Shown here: positions 12,796 through 25,480 of the stretch, piece by piece | How positions within the stretch are numbered: the first letter of the stretch is position 1 | Layout of the letters: every line of letters starts with the position of its first letter | DNA from: Scyliorhinus canicula | Lineage: Eukaryota | Length of the DNA stretch: 64,000 nucleotides | Reading direction: 5' to 3' | Assembly (NCBI RefSeq): GCF_902713615.1 | Contig: NC_052162.1 | Span: 110,511,811 to 110,575,810, forward strand | Program-made: the position numbers and the translations under genes | The notes under the pieces: generated by a model | What the model was told of the DNA's origin: nothing | What the model saw: only the letters and a program-made list of their open reading frames with translations | Databases searched by the model: none

Positions 12796-13272
12796 AACAA
12801 ACATAAAATATAACAATTTCTTATGCTCATCGCAAAGGTTTATTGCAATTATTACAAAGCGCAGAATTTTAAATCTGTGGCTTGTAATTTCTTCATTCAT
12901 GGTGAGGACATCTGGTCGTTGATGTATCAACAAATTTCCAAAATAAAATAACGTAGTTTTGCAATTTAAAGAATGAGAAAAATTATTGGAGTGCATTTGG
13001 CTTGGAATGCACAAAAAAACCCAAACATCATTCACCCCAATCATGTTACTGCAGTGTATGCTCCACATGGACAACCTCTCTCTCATTCTATTTTGTGACG
13101 CCATACTGGGCGTTCATTCTCACCTGGGCCAAATCGGGTGGCCCTTAAAGACACTAATCAAAAAGAAATATACTGCAGATGTTATTTGTATGAAATAACA
13201 TAGAACATGCTGCAAATATTCAGCCGGTCTATACGCATCTGTGGAGCAAACAATAGGGTTGACCAGTCTCAG

Positions 13273-13578
13273 TCATAGAATCATAGAATTTACAGTGCAG
13301 AAGGAGGCCATTCAGCCCATCTAGCATGCACCGGCCCTTGGCAAGAGCACCCTATTCAAGCCCACACCTCCACCCTATCCTCGTAACCCCACCCAACCTT
13401 TTTGGCCACTATGGGCAATTTAGCATGGCCAATCCACCTAACCTGCACACCCGGAGGAAACCCATGTAGACACGGGGATAACATGCAGACTCCACACAGA
13501 CAGTGACCCAAGCCGGTAATCGAACCTGGGAGCCTGGAGCTGTGAAGAAGCTGTGCTAACCACTGTGCTGCCATGCTA
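13273..13578 (-). mobile_element. HE1-like SINE
   Basis: Head/core/tail as other copies, with an internal deletion. Confidence 0.85.
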
Positions 13579-16500
13579 CTCAGTTCGGAAGAAAGTTCAG
13601 AAGAGTTAAATTGTACCTCTGCTCCTCCGCATGTGCTCTTTGACCTGTTAAGTACTTCCAACACATTCCATTTTATTTTGCAAATAAAGACATAAATGTA
13701 TGATATTCGCCACATCTATGGCAAGGCCTATATTTTGTTCACACTCTGAGACATAAAGCATGCCCAAAATTTCCCATTGGTTATTTAGGTCATTATACAA
13801 TCTGAATGACTTCCAGCGGATGCAATCAGCCTCCATTATAATTTGAAGGCTTCTTCTTTTAGAGACATACTTCTTGTTGTACTGTGACAACATTTACACT
13901 TTTCAATATTTTCCTAATATCAGTGTGGCATACTGTGAAAAACATTTGTGCGTGCGTTTAGTGCTGTATGAGAATCCAAATAGTTTGAAATTTGTACGGC
14001 TGTGAGAGAAGACTACTAAATCATAGGAGTGATGACACTGACCAATAGGTATCTTTTATCGTAAAACAAACTTTAAGTTAAACACAGAATTAACCATATG
14101 AACAACAAAGAAATGGCTTCACAACAAATAGTTTAAAAGTTCTGAAATAAAAAGGAAAAAACTTGAACTCACTATCTACACTATCTATTGCAATTACGCA
14201 ACCCAATACTGTTAAAATGCTACTTATAAATAAAGTTAACAATCAGGATTACTGCTTCCCTGTGCAGACGTTTGGAGGGAGACCTGTTCAGGAATAACCT
14301 GAAAATCCTTCTGTTTCGTCAGACGCTTGTGTTCAATTTAAAATCTCATTGCAGACTGTAAAACTACAGGCAGTCCTGGCTCCTCACTGCTCACTGGCTG
14401 ATCATTGCTCGGCACACCAGCGAGGGCCGAAGGGCCTGTTCTGTGCTGTACTGTTCTATGTTCTATGTTCTCACATTAATGACATCATCTGTATCCAAAG
14501 CATGAGGCATTCCTCAGTCTTCTCCAAACTAAGATGTCCCATGACCTACTTAGCTAAGATGAAACAGAATCCCTCATAAATTATCCACACACCAGATATC
14601 CTCCAAAATCAAAACAATGTTCCATAAGTCATCTCTCTGCAAACAAGTAAAAGGTTAAAATTAATGATCCCCTCAAATTTATAATACTGTAATCACAGTT
14701 TTAGCAGACATTCAGTCTGTATTTCAACCCATGGTTTTTAATAACATCGCTGCAACAACATATAAAATATTTTTTCCAATTAAGAGGCAATTTAGCGTGG
14801 CTAATGCACTTACCCTGCACATCTTTCGTTGTGGGGGTGAGACCCACTCAGACACGGGGTGAGATATAACAATTTCCTACATTCATCACACCTCCATCCT
14901 TAAATAAATGAACCAACAGAATGCAAAGATGGCTTCATTTTCCAAAGCCCTTTCAACTTTAAACACTACTCATGACTAAACACCACTATTACACTATATG
15001 ATACATATATCATCATATTTATGCATGCAAATTTAAATATCAGTATACTCCACGTAAGTTTATTATTTCCCAGCGTTTAATGTTCCATTCTTCTCACACA
15101 TCTCAAAGTAGTTATAAAGCAGCTGCAATCATGATTTCTCTTTCTGCTACATGTATAATTTCAAGTTAAATGGTTGTAGCCATAAACCCCATCTAAACAG
15201 ACTTGCAATTCGATCTTTAAACTTCTCCAAAAACTTCAATGGATTATGGTCTGTATAAACAATTCTCTCTGATGAATTGTTAGCAACATAAATGTTAAAA
15301 TGTCAAATTGTTGCAATGTCAATACTACACTCAACATCTCCTTTTTAATGGTCAAATACTTTTTTTGGTAACCATTTAGTTTTCTGGTAAAATAAACAAC
15401 AGGGATGGGATTCTCCATTTGCCGATGCCGAAAGCACGAAACGCAAGTGGGTGGAGACAGGTTCCGACACCAAAACCGCAGCGGGCACTGATCTGATGCC
15501 AAATCGTCATTCTCTGTCACCTCGACAGTGACGCCAATGCATACCGAACGCATGTACAGCAAACACCATTTGCAAATCATTAGCGGATCTAACCCAGTAT
15601 TCTACAGGGCCTCTGTCAATCTCCTCTTCTGATTGGCTGAGTTCCTAATGGTGAGGTTCACTTGTGCTTCTAAAAATCGTGAAACTGGTGTGGTGGCTGA
15701 TGAAGGAACGAGAGGAGCTGGGACACAGAGAGGAGAGACTGTGGGCTGTCGGGCCAAACACTGACTGGGCTGGCTAGGTTGGGGGGTCTCTGCAAGGGCC
15801 GGGGGAGGGGTTTAATGGGGAGCAGGCTGAGTAGCCGGGATGACCACCCCCCTCCCCCCCCACAGGAATTGGGCGGTGCCCAGGCATGAACCGCCATTAC
15901 TATGACCATCTTGCTGCACACCCACCGATTACCCGCCTTGGCCCCTGGTTCTGCAGACTGACACTGGCCATAGGGGTGCCCCCAACCCTCCAGCCTCCGC
16001 CATCACCCCCCCCCACAACAACTCCCCTCCCCCAGCAGCCCGGGTAGGCATGGGTGGCCACACAATGTGCGCACCCATCTCACACAGAATGCCCTTATTG
16101 ACTCCACGTTTACCAACTATGGGTGGAGAGGGGATGTCTGGCCAGGGGCACGATCACTGCATCCCAGCCCCACACCCCCTAACTCCGGGCTGGGGTGCAG
16201 TAACAGTGGGCCTGGTCCATGGGATAGTGGAAGATGGCAACCCGCTCTTCGATGAGCTCTGGTGCTCCGCATCGTTTGGCAACATCTGACTCCTGCCCAC
16301 AACAGCACTTTCCACAGTCCATGTAGGAGCTTTCCGCAGTCCACATTGCAAGCTGGCCATTCCATCACATGGTGCCATAGAATCCTGGGGGTGACGGTGG
16401 TGTAGATGGCCGGGAGAGGGTTTGGTATAGAGCCCAGGCCAGCCAGTGTGTCCGTCCATCCCCACTCCCCTCCCAACATCTGCCCATTGTCCAACCCCGA

Positions 16501-17306
16501 CCATCCCAACACTCATACCCTTCTGACAGAGCACCAAGGCAGGTTGTAAGAGTGATAAAAAGTGTTTAATGTGAATGAATATATACAGACTTGTGTCCCA
16601 GCACCTATAACTAAAATGTGCCCTGCACCCATGCCAACTCAACTGATGTCGAACGTTCTTTCCTTACGGGTCCCAATGCTAGCTGGTTCCACAGAAGGTA
16701 CAGCAGGAGTGGAAACAGCCTGCTGTGATTTCTGCCCTGCGACCTAGGTCCCCGTTGGCATGCACCGTCTTGTATCACCATGCCTGGATGGACCGACTGC
16801 TCCTCATGTGGTGTGGTGCCACCTTGTTCGGCCTGCTGCCCATCAGATCCATCAGGGCAGGAGGGTAGGAGTCCAAGGTGCTACAACGTTCCTGCACCTC
16901 CCCTGTGGGAGTCGGGCACCATCACCACCTCCTCTCTCGGGGTTCCCTATGGCCCCCGGCTACTCCATGGGACAGGGGTGCAAGTGGAGCTATCCCCTGA
17001 AGCTCCACTGCCACCTGGCACTGCCAGTCTTGGAGGCCCGCTCTGGTCTCGACCAGAGTCTGCACGTTCACGGCCTTGGAACACAGGGAGTAGACCATCC
17101 CCATCTGGGAATACACCACATAACACATTGACTGTGCCACCACCTTCTAGGTGTGGGTCACATCAGCCAGTGACTATGCCACTGCCCTCTGGGGTTGGGC
17201 CACCTCCCTCTGTGTCTGCACCACATCAGCCAGTGCCTGGGCAATTCCGCCAACATTCCCAGCCATGGCCTGCTGTTACTGGGCCACACTCAGAAGCGTT
17301 GCTACA

Positions 17307-18183
17307 GGAGCTGAAAACGAAGTGGGAGGGGGAACTGGGGGAACAGATCGAAGACGGGACATGGGCTGATGCCCTGGAGAGGGTAAATTCTTCCTCCTCA
17401 TGTGCGCGGCTTAGCCTCATCCAATTCAAGGTGCTGCATAGGGCCCACATGACTGGGACGAGGATGAGTAGGTTCTTTGGGGGTGAAGATAGGTGTACCA
17501 GGTGCTCAGGGAGTCCAGCGAACCATGCCCATATGTTCTGGGCATGCCCGGCATTGGAGGAGTTCTGGAAGTGGGTGGCGAGGACAGTGTCAAGGGTGGT
17601 GGGATCCAGGGTCAAGCCAGGATGGGGACTCGCGATCTTTGGGGTTGGGGTAGAGCCGGGAGTGCAGGAGGCGAAAGAGGCCGGTGTGCTGGCCTTTGCA
17701 TCCCTAGTAGCCCGGCGAAGGATTTTGCTACAGTGGAAGGACGCGAGGCCCCCAAGCTTGGAGACCTGGATCAATGACATGGCGGGCTTCATTAAGCTTG
17801 AGAAGGTTAAATTCGCCCTGAGAGGATCGGTGCAAGGGTTCTTTAAACGGTGGCAACCTTTCCTCGACTTTCTGGCTCAACGATAGGGTACTGGGACAGT
17901 AGCAGCAGCAACCCGGGGGGGTGGGGGGGGGGGGGGGAGACGACGTTGATTATGTTGGCTTATTTTATTTAAATTTGATTTATCTAATTTTAATTTATGG
18001 TTAAGTTCTCTTGTTTGGGGGTGGGGTGGGTGGGGGGAGTGTGATACATGTGATGTTACGGTATGGGGGGAATTGTGGGTGTTGTGGGGCTGTTAGTTGC
18101 ATATTACTGCTTTTTGCTATACTTGTTGTTATATTTTTATATTTTCTGTAAAAAATTCCAATAAACATTATTTTTTTTTAAAA
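17307..18183 (+). mobile_element. Young 5'-truncated L1 (ORF2 C-terminus, 3' UTR, tail)
   Basis: Open frame to 17886 with LIQFKVLHR, CTRC..H.FWAC zinc knuckle, FFKRWQPF; AATAAA and T/A tail; perfect 15-bp TSD AGAAGCGTTGCTACA (17292-17306, 18184-18198). Confidence 0.95.
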
Positions 18184-18607
18184 AGAAGCGTTGCTACAAT
18201 GTCCAGGTGGTTCTGGCCTCAGCCAGTGCCTTTACAGGATGTCCCAGGCCTTGTACATGCTGATCCATAGCCAAGACCGTCGCCCCCAATGACTCCACCG
18301 CGGACGCCACCCATGCGGTGTTGGCCTGGGTGGCACGCTTTGTCGGCACCACCTCTGCACGTGATTGCACTCCTCCAACTGCACCTGCAGATGTGGATGC
18401 ATGCCATCAACTCCTCATGCAGTCCCTGGCTCTGCGACTACATCTCCACTATAGATGGAACTATCTGTTCAAGAAGCCCGAGGCCTGTCTGGACAGCAGC
18501 TAGTTCATGGGGTCGGCCTGCCCTCCGACCGTCCGCCCACTCGGGTCCCGTACCTCCACCTGATGTACCAGATCACCTGTGTAGTGAGCACCAGATAGTG
18601 TCCCAGG

Positions 18608-19259
18608 CAGCGCCGGCCCTAGGGTTGCTGGCGCCCCGGGCAAGCTGAACTTCGGCGCCCTTGGGGGGGGGGGGGGGGTTGAGGGGGGGGGGGGCCGAGG
18701 GGGGGGGCCAAGGGGCGGGGGGGCGGACCCGAGGGGGGGGCGGGGGGCGGACCCGAGGGGGGGGCGGGGGGCGGACCCAAGGGGGGGGCGGGGGGCGGAC
18801 CCGAGGGGGGGGCAGACCCGAGGGGGGGGCAGACCCAAGGGGGGGCGGACCCGAGGGGGGGCGGACCTGAGGGGGGGGCGGAGCTGAGGAGGGGGCGGAC
18901 CCGAGGGGGGGGCGGACCCGAGGGGGGGCGGACCCGAGGGGGGGGGCGGGACCTGAGGGAGGTGTGCGGGACCTGAGGAAGGGGTGCGGGGGGGACCGGG
19001 GGGGACAGGGGAGGGGAACCGGGGGGGGGGGCGGACCGAGGGGGGGGGGGGGCGGGGGGAGCGGACCGAGCGGGGGGGGGGGCGGACCGAGGGGGGGCGG
19101 ACCGAGCGGGGGGGGCCGCCCTGGGGGAGGGCGGCCACCGCGCATGCACTGGTTGGCACCTGCCCAACTGCGCATGCGCGGGATCCAAGTCTCTGGCACC
19201 CCCTAGCACATGGCGCTCCGGGCGACTGCCCGAGTTGCCGGTGCCTTGAGCCGGCCCTG
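18608..19259. mobile_element. hAT-type MITE with internal G-rich minisatellite
   Basis: Imperfect TIRs CAGCGCCGGCCCTAGG / CCTTGAGCCGGCCCTG; perfect 8-bp TSD GTCCCAGG (18600-18607, 19260-19267); interior (GGCGGACCCGAGGGGGG)n. Confidence 0.9.
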
Positions 19260-19749
19260 GTCCCAGGAGCCTCTTCTCTAACATGCCCAACTGTGTGTTT
19301 GGGATGATTGAGGGGTTTGGAGTTAAATGTGACAGAAAACCACTGTCATTCTCTGACCCGAGCTCCGGGGTCTCCTGAGTCTCAGGAGGAGGGCTGGAAT
19401 CCGGGCTGCCTTTCTCATCACTGCTCCACTCATGGGGGGCTCCGGCTGTGGCATCCGCTGGGGACAGGGGATGCCAGATCAACCCGCCCCATCTCCAGTA
19501 GGTCCTGCAAGACATAAAACAAGATGCATGATTAGACCACGAGCTGGGGAGGAGTGGTGGTGGGTTTCAGGGTGGTGGCGTGGGGGAGTGTGGTGTAGGG
19601 TGAGGGTGGTCTGGGGTGTAGGTGGTGTAGGGTGAGGGTGTTGTGAGGGTGCGGGTGGTTTGGGGGTTGAAGGTGGTGAGGGGGTGAGGTTGGTATGGGG
19701 GAGGTTGACACATGTGTCATGGGGAACTGCAACTAAGCGGGGTCTCACT

Positions 19750-20360
19750 TCCTTGCCCTCAATCGAGCTCCACCTAGACAATCTCCCAGCCGCTGACCAC
19801 ATTCAGGACCCTATGCTCAGCCATGATGAAGAGCCGCAAGTCCGGCAGTCGCCCTCCTGTCTTCTCCCGCTCCCGGCAGTTGTGCGTCGCCTTCTCCGGG
19901 GGAGGGGGGGGAGGGGGGGGGGGGACGGGACACAGAAGACAACAATCTGACTCATGCAGCCCAGGGAGTGGGCAACTGATGTCCTCAGTGGCCAGGGCAC
20001 CCAGCCATGGCTACCGGTATGGGAACTGGCAGAGGGTGCAGGGTGGGGGATCTGCTTCCCTCCAGATGGGGGGGTTGGTCAGGTTATGGGTCTGTGGGAC
20101 GGGGGTTACTGCCAGGGGCACACTCACCCTGGCCGCCCTGAGGAGGTCCTGCAGTTCTTCCAGCGCTGCAGGCTGGTCCAGACTACATTGCCCATGGCGC
20201 TGATGGCCTCTGCTACCTGCGCCTACGCACGATGAATGGTGGCCGACAACCTTCTTCCCGGGCGGGGTATAAGGTCACCCTCCTCTCCTCCACAGCGCCC
20301 AGGAGAGTTTCCAGCCCGGTGTCTGTGAGATGTGGGGATGCACACCTTGCTGTCAGCTTG
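19750..20360 (-). pseudogene. Harbinger Myb/SANT-like (trihelix) gene remnant, spliced
   Basis: LETLLGAVEERRVTLYP..AEAISAMG..LQDLLRAAR followed by a GTGAGT donor at ~20128; next exon with ERE.TGGG.PDLR; frameshifted. Confidence 0.75.
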
Positions 20361-21374
20361 TTGGCTGGGATGCTGTGTGTGAGGAGTGATATGTGCATAT
20401 GCGGCTGCAGCTTGTCAGCCTTCTGAATGTCAATCGTGAAACCGGTGAACCTGGCACCATTTATAATTAGAATCGATTGTGTTCCACGTGGAGAGCTGGT
20501 GCTAGCCCCTCAACAGTAGCAGGATTGGTCCAGGTGGGGTGCCAGTTTTCTGTCGTGTAAATCCACGGATTCTGCGTTGGCGTCTCAGAATCGGAGAATC
20601 CCATCGCAGGTCTTTCTCTACCTTCATATTCTTCTTGCAACAGTCTAGCACCAACACCCACATCGCTCACATTAATGGCCTCCTTAAATCACTTGTCATA
20701 ATTTGGTGTCACCAAAACTGGTTTGATGGTTAACACAGGTTTCAGATTGTCCAAGGTCACCTGACCTACTGACATAGTTGGTCTGATTGTCACTTCAACT
20801 CCACATTCCTTTCTACCCCGATAAACATTTCTTTTAAAAATATCTATGTACCTTTGCCTTAAAAAAACATTCAAGCACTGTCTGAGATAAAGATCCTCAT
20901 CTGTTATAAATTGTGACCCTTTACTTTAAAACAGTCACCCCTTGGTCTAAATTCTGCAATTATTCCCACATCTACCCAGTCTAGACCCTTCAGGATCTTA
21001 TAGGTTTCAGTCCTATCACCACTTACTCCAGTAGCACAAGCCTGGCCTGACCAACATTTCCTCATAAAATAATTCTCCCATTTCAAGTATTAGTCGGGTA
21101 AACTTTCTGTCAACTGCAGCCAGCGCTTTTGCATCCTGCCTTGAATAAGGAGAGCAATTCTCCAATACCAATAATTGAAGGTAATGAGATCCTTCCATAA
21201 GAAGTGATGCAAATGCTGCAATAAAGTAACTCCAGTTCCTGCCTTATAATGAGATGTCCTGGGTTATATCTTATCATCCATGAGCGTTCAGTCTTTTCTC
21301 TGTGTTGGTAGTGCCTGACAAATCTGGAAAATGTTTTGAGTGAACTTTAATTTTGTTCTTCATTATATTTCAGG

Positions 21375-21702
21375 CGCCAGAGTGGTTAGCATTGCTGCCT
21401 CACAATGTCAGGGACCCGGGTTCGATTCTGGCCATGGGTAGCTGCCTGTGTGCAGTTCGCACGTTCTCCCTGCGTCTGCATGGGTTTCCTCCGCTATGGC
21501 TTCCTGAAACAATCCAAAGGTATCCAGGTTAGCTGGATTGACCATGATCAATTGCCCCTTACTGTCCAAATATGTGCAGATTAGGTGGGAATACCGGGTT
21601 ACAGGGATTGGGCAGGGGTATGGGCCTCGATAAAGTGCTCTTTTGGAAGTTGGTGCAGCTCGATGGCCGAATGGCCTCCTTCTGCACTGTAATGATTCCA
21701 TG
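21375..21702 (+). mobile_element. HE1-like SINE
   Basis: GTGGTTAGCA..GGTTCGATTC head, tail CCTTCTGCACTGTAA. Confidence 0.85.
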
Positions 21703-22059
21703 GGACTGGTCCTGAATTTGCCGATTTCACCATTTTTAATGTGACTTTCTTACTTCATTAACAGTCTCCACGAAAAGTCAAAATATTAAATCTTGTCTTG
21801 CATTTTTTTTCTCTGTAAGTAGAATATAATTTGACATTGAGAGAAAAAAATCGAATTCAACTGGCAATTTAACCTGATATCACCAGTAATACGTGTGACA
21901 ATTGGCCACCATGCTGAAGGTGAGCTGACCCATTTCGCAATCTAATTTAATTTGCCAAGCCTCAGAGCATGGTCCTATAGAGGAGAATCCTGGATTAATT
22001 AATCACCAAGAGAGCTGAAAGTAGGTAGAGTAGGCAAATCACGGGAAAAAAGAAAGAGT

Positions 22060-23730
22060 GAGTACAAAGAGAGTTAATGACAGGGACAGAATGAGGCAGA
22101 CAGAAATGCAAAGAGAAATACACTCTCACACTCGCGCAGGCACACAGACAAACACCTACACATGCCAAGCCCCCATATATACACACAGACAAATACACTG
22201 TTCCCCCCACATATACACACAGACAAGCACACCATTCCACCACATATACACATAAAGACACAAATAGATACATCAACCACCTCTCCCCATCCACACATAG
22301 ACACACACAAACAAACAAGCACACCAAACCCCCATCCACACACACACACACACACACATATCAGGCTCCCATAGATACGCAGAAAGACACACACACAAAC
22401 ACACCATCCCCCCCCCCCCCCAAATATACACACAGACACAACTACACCAAATCCTCCATCCACACAACAGACACAAACTCACACATAAAGGAAGCCCCAA
22501 CAGAAACACACAGAGACACAAACAAATACACCAAACCACTAGGGGGGGCCTCACGGTAGCATGGTGGTTAGCATCAATGCTTCACAGCTCCAGGGTCCCA
22601 GGTTCGATTCCCGGCTGGGTCACTGTCTGTGTGGAGTCTGCACGTCCTCCCCGTGTGTGCGTGGGTTTCCTCCGGGTGCTCCGGTTTCCTCCCACAGTCC
22701 AAAGATGTGCGGGTTAGGTGGATTGGCCATGCTAAATTGCCCGTAGTGTAAGGTTAATGGGGGGATTGTTGGGTTACTGGTATACGGGTTACGTGGGTTT
22801 AAGTAGGGTGATCATTGCTCGGAACAACATCGAGGGCCAAAGGGCCTGTTCTGTGCTGTACTGTTCTATGTTCTATGTTCTATCCACACACAGAGGTACA
22901 TACTGAGACACCCACATACATACATACACACACACACACAAAAATACACCAAATCCCCATCTACACACAGACAAATACAGACACAAATACACCAAATCCC
23001 CATCCACACATGCAGATACTAATACAGACAAACACATACATGCACCAAGCCCCCACATACACACACACCATTCCTCCACATATTGACAAATAAATATGCC
23101 AAACTCCCAACCACACACACACACACAACCACAAATCAAGTTCCACATACATACAAGACACGCACACAAACATGTCATTCCCCCTACATTTACACACACA
23201 CACACAAACAAGCTCCTATATATACGCACAGATACATATGCACAAATACACCAAACCCCCATCCATACACACAGGCATACACAGTGAGACCCACACACCG
23301 ACACAAATAAATATACCAAATCCCCATTCACACACATACAAACAGACAAACACATACATACACCATTCCCCCACATCTACACACAGACATAAATAAATGC
23401 CAAACCCCCATCCACACAGACACGCACACACAAACGCACCATTCCCGCCTAATATACACGCAATAACACAAACAAATATACAAACCCCATGCACACACAT
23501 ACACATGACTAATCATTCCAGGATTGGTGTTGTTTGTATATTCCATATGAAAATGGAACTTTCCAATTCCAGCATAATTACCCCACTCTCTCGGTCTCTC
23601 TCCCCCTCTCACTCTCTGTTTCTCACCTTCCAGATCATGGAGGCGGAGAGAGACAGGCAGAGAGATAGAGAGAAAGGCAGAGAGGCAGGCGGACGGAGAG
23701 ACACGCAGACCGAGCGAGAGAGAGCTTGAG
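22060..23730. repeat. Degenerate CA-rich / GA-rich low-complexity minisatellite
   Basis: Recurrent ACACACAGACA..AAATACACCAAACCCCCATCCAC units. Confidence 0.9.
22543..22882 (+). mobile_element. Young HE1-like SINE inserted in the CA-rich tract
   Basis: CpG-rich full-length copy with (TGTTCTA)n tail. Confidence 0.9.
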
Positions 23731-24774
23731 ATAAATCCCATTTTCAGTCATCCAGCGTTCTTCTGGGTATGAAGTGGTTGTTTGGCCTCCCCGCCATTGG
23801 TTAAATTCTGTCCTTCAAACATTTCCCATTGAAGAGCGAGTTCAAATTCCAGTATTCATTGACAGGTTTTCTCTCTCTCCCTCAGTGAGATGTCCATACA
23901 CTCTCAAATATCTATCAGTCCTGATCCTTTGAGGAAACAACTGCACACTGACTGGAAACTGTCTGCCCCCCTCTGCTGTGAGACATCTGTACATTACCTG
24001 GTGTTATTCGGTCTCCATCCCTGTCGGAGAATTTTGCATTGATTTGGTTTTTCTCTTTTCCACAAGATAATCTGAGTCTCAGGCACAGAACAATCGTTCA
24101 GTGACCAAGGCATAAGGAGAGCCCAGCTAAAGTGATAGACCTCAGCAGCTGACTCTGCCCAACACATAGAATCAGGTGGCATTTATAGAGTGTAGTTACA
24201 TAGGTAAGGATATTGTTTACATTGGACCATGTCTGTTCTAAATTGTTACATTAAACAAGTTACGTATGTGCACCCAGGCAGAAGCATTATCTGCCCTATA
24301 TTTTTCTATAGATCCGTCCTTAACCTCCCTACTTGGTGCCAGACCCTCTTAATGTGTCTGGTCCTAAGATCAAGTTAGAAAAACATGTTTGTGAATCTTT
24401 GTGCCGACTGTTGTAGATTGTGTCTTAGAACAACTATTTAAGGTCACTGAAATCTGAACATGTTACTTGTCACTTGTGCTAACTGCTGTAGGTGCTGCCA
24501 TGTCAGCTTTTAGCTGACATCTTTATGAAAATTGCTTTAGTACACTGTACTACAAGAGGGCAACACAGTGACGCAGGTCACTGCCTGTGAGGAGTTCACA
24601 CATTCTTCCCGTGTCTGCGTGGGTCTCACGCGCACAACCCAAAAGATGTGCAAGTTAGGTGGATTGGCCACGCTAAATTGCCCCTTAATTGGAAAAAAAA
24701 AGAATTGTGTAATCTAATTTTTTTAAGTGTACTGTACTACACTATGCAGATTCAAAATCCCTTAGAATAAGTGT

Positions 24775-24947
24775 TAATTAATAATAATCGCTTGTCACAA
24801 ATAGGCTTCAATGAACTTACTGTGAAAAGCCCCTAGTCGTCACATTCTGGCGCTGTTTGGGGAGGCTGGTACGGGAATTGAACCCGCACTGCTGCCTTGT
24901 TCTGCATTACAAGCCAGCTGTTTAGCCCACTGTGCTAAACCAGCCCC
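24775..24947 (-). mobile_element. Second, short SINE family
   Basis: AGGCTTCAATGAA.TTACTGTGAAAAGCCCCTAGTCG core; also at 32257-32605, 32409-32590 and 33048-33160. Confidence 0.8.
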
Positions 24948-25438
24948 TCCTAATATCCTAATAGATTGTTGTTAATCATTTGTCTTCCCAGAACATGCAC
25001 CTTCTCAGTTTGCCCTCCATCCCACACTCTCTCTCAGAGACATTTCTGTGCACTCTCGTGTCCCACTCCCTCTCACCGGCAACATACTTGAACATTGATT
25101 GGAGTCTTTCAGTCGTCTCTCCAATTTTCAGATTTTGCCCCAGCAACAGTGAAGGAATGGTAATATGGTTCCAAGCCAGGATGAGTCTGTGGCCTGAATA
25201 GGGAACTTGCAGGTGGTGGTGTTCCCATGCGTCTGCTGTCCTTGTCCTTCCAGAGGTCATGGGTTTGGAAGAGTTTTGGCGAATTTCTAATGATGGGGAC
25301 AGAAGAGGAATCGTTTTCCATTCTGTCCACTTACGGTGTTTGTTCAGATGTTCTCCTGTGAATATTGAGCTAGAGTTTTGGGCCATGGAGTGTAGATTTG
25401 ACTCTGAATATTGAATCTTTTGGATACAGACAGCAGGT

Positions 25439-25480
25439 AATCAAGCTCACAACAACAGATTGTCTGTTACTGACTTTATT
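25439..25480 (-). terminator. Candidate poly(A) site of ZNF-A
   Basis: AATAAA (25480-25475) followed by TTGTGAGCTTGATT; same arrangement at 53940-53982. Confidence 0.45.

Larger units (their letters stand above)
11765..12834 (-). mobile_element. Solo LTR of the Gypsy family at 13934-14890, interrupted by a PLE-derived insert
   Basis: TG..CA ends; colinear similarity to 13934-14890 (e.g. TTAAACACAGAATTAAC, ATATAACAATTTC). Confidence 0.75.
15403..20606. mobile_element. PIF/Harbinger DNA transposon, non-autonomous (transposase largely deleted)
   Basis: TIRs GGATGGGATTCTCC / GGAGAATCCCATCG; 3-bp TSD CAG (15400-15402, 20607-20609); the flanking Gypsy frame rejoins across it. Confidence 0.85.
13934..20765 (-). 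mobile_element. Gypsy (Gmr1-type order) 3' remnant: RT/RNase H end, PPT (~14891-14902) and 3' LTR (13934-14890), split by a Harbinger
   Basis: LKPVLTIKPVLVTPNY..SDVGVGARLLQE..ERP (20765-20607) continues as PVVYFTRKLN..YTDHNPL..LFRWGL.LQPFN..IIHVA (15402-~15110), then PPT AAGGATGGAGG abutting TGTGATG. Confidence 0.85.

Noticed and set aside
11765-14890. The two related LTRs as the 5'/3' pair of one element
   Set aside because: They are too diverged, and the PPT and pol lie outside the pair, to the right of 14890.
16780-17886. 368-aa ORF as a host or fusion gene
   Set aside because: Chance read-in from antisense Harbinger sequence into the L1 ORF2 tail at the TSD.
18500-19515. Long Pro/Gly-rich ORFs
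   Set aside because: Artefacts of the G/C minisatellite inside the MITE.
22543-22620. tRNA genes
   Set aside because: The A/B-box heads continue into SINE core and tail; they are SINE heads, not tRNAs.
21995-23741. Cys/Val- and His/Thr-rich ORFs
   Set aside because: Translations of CA/GT low-complexity DNA.
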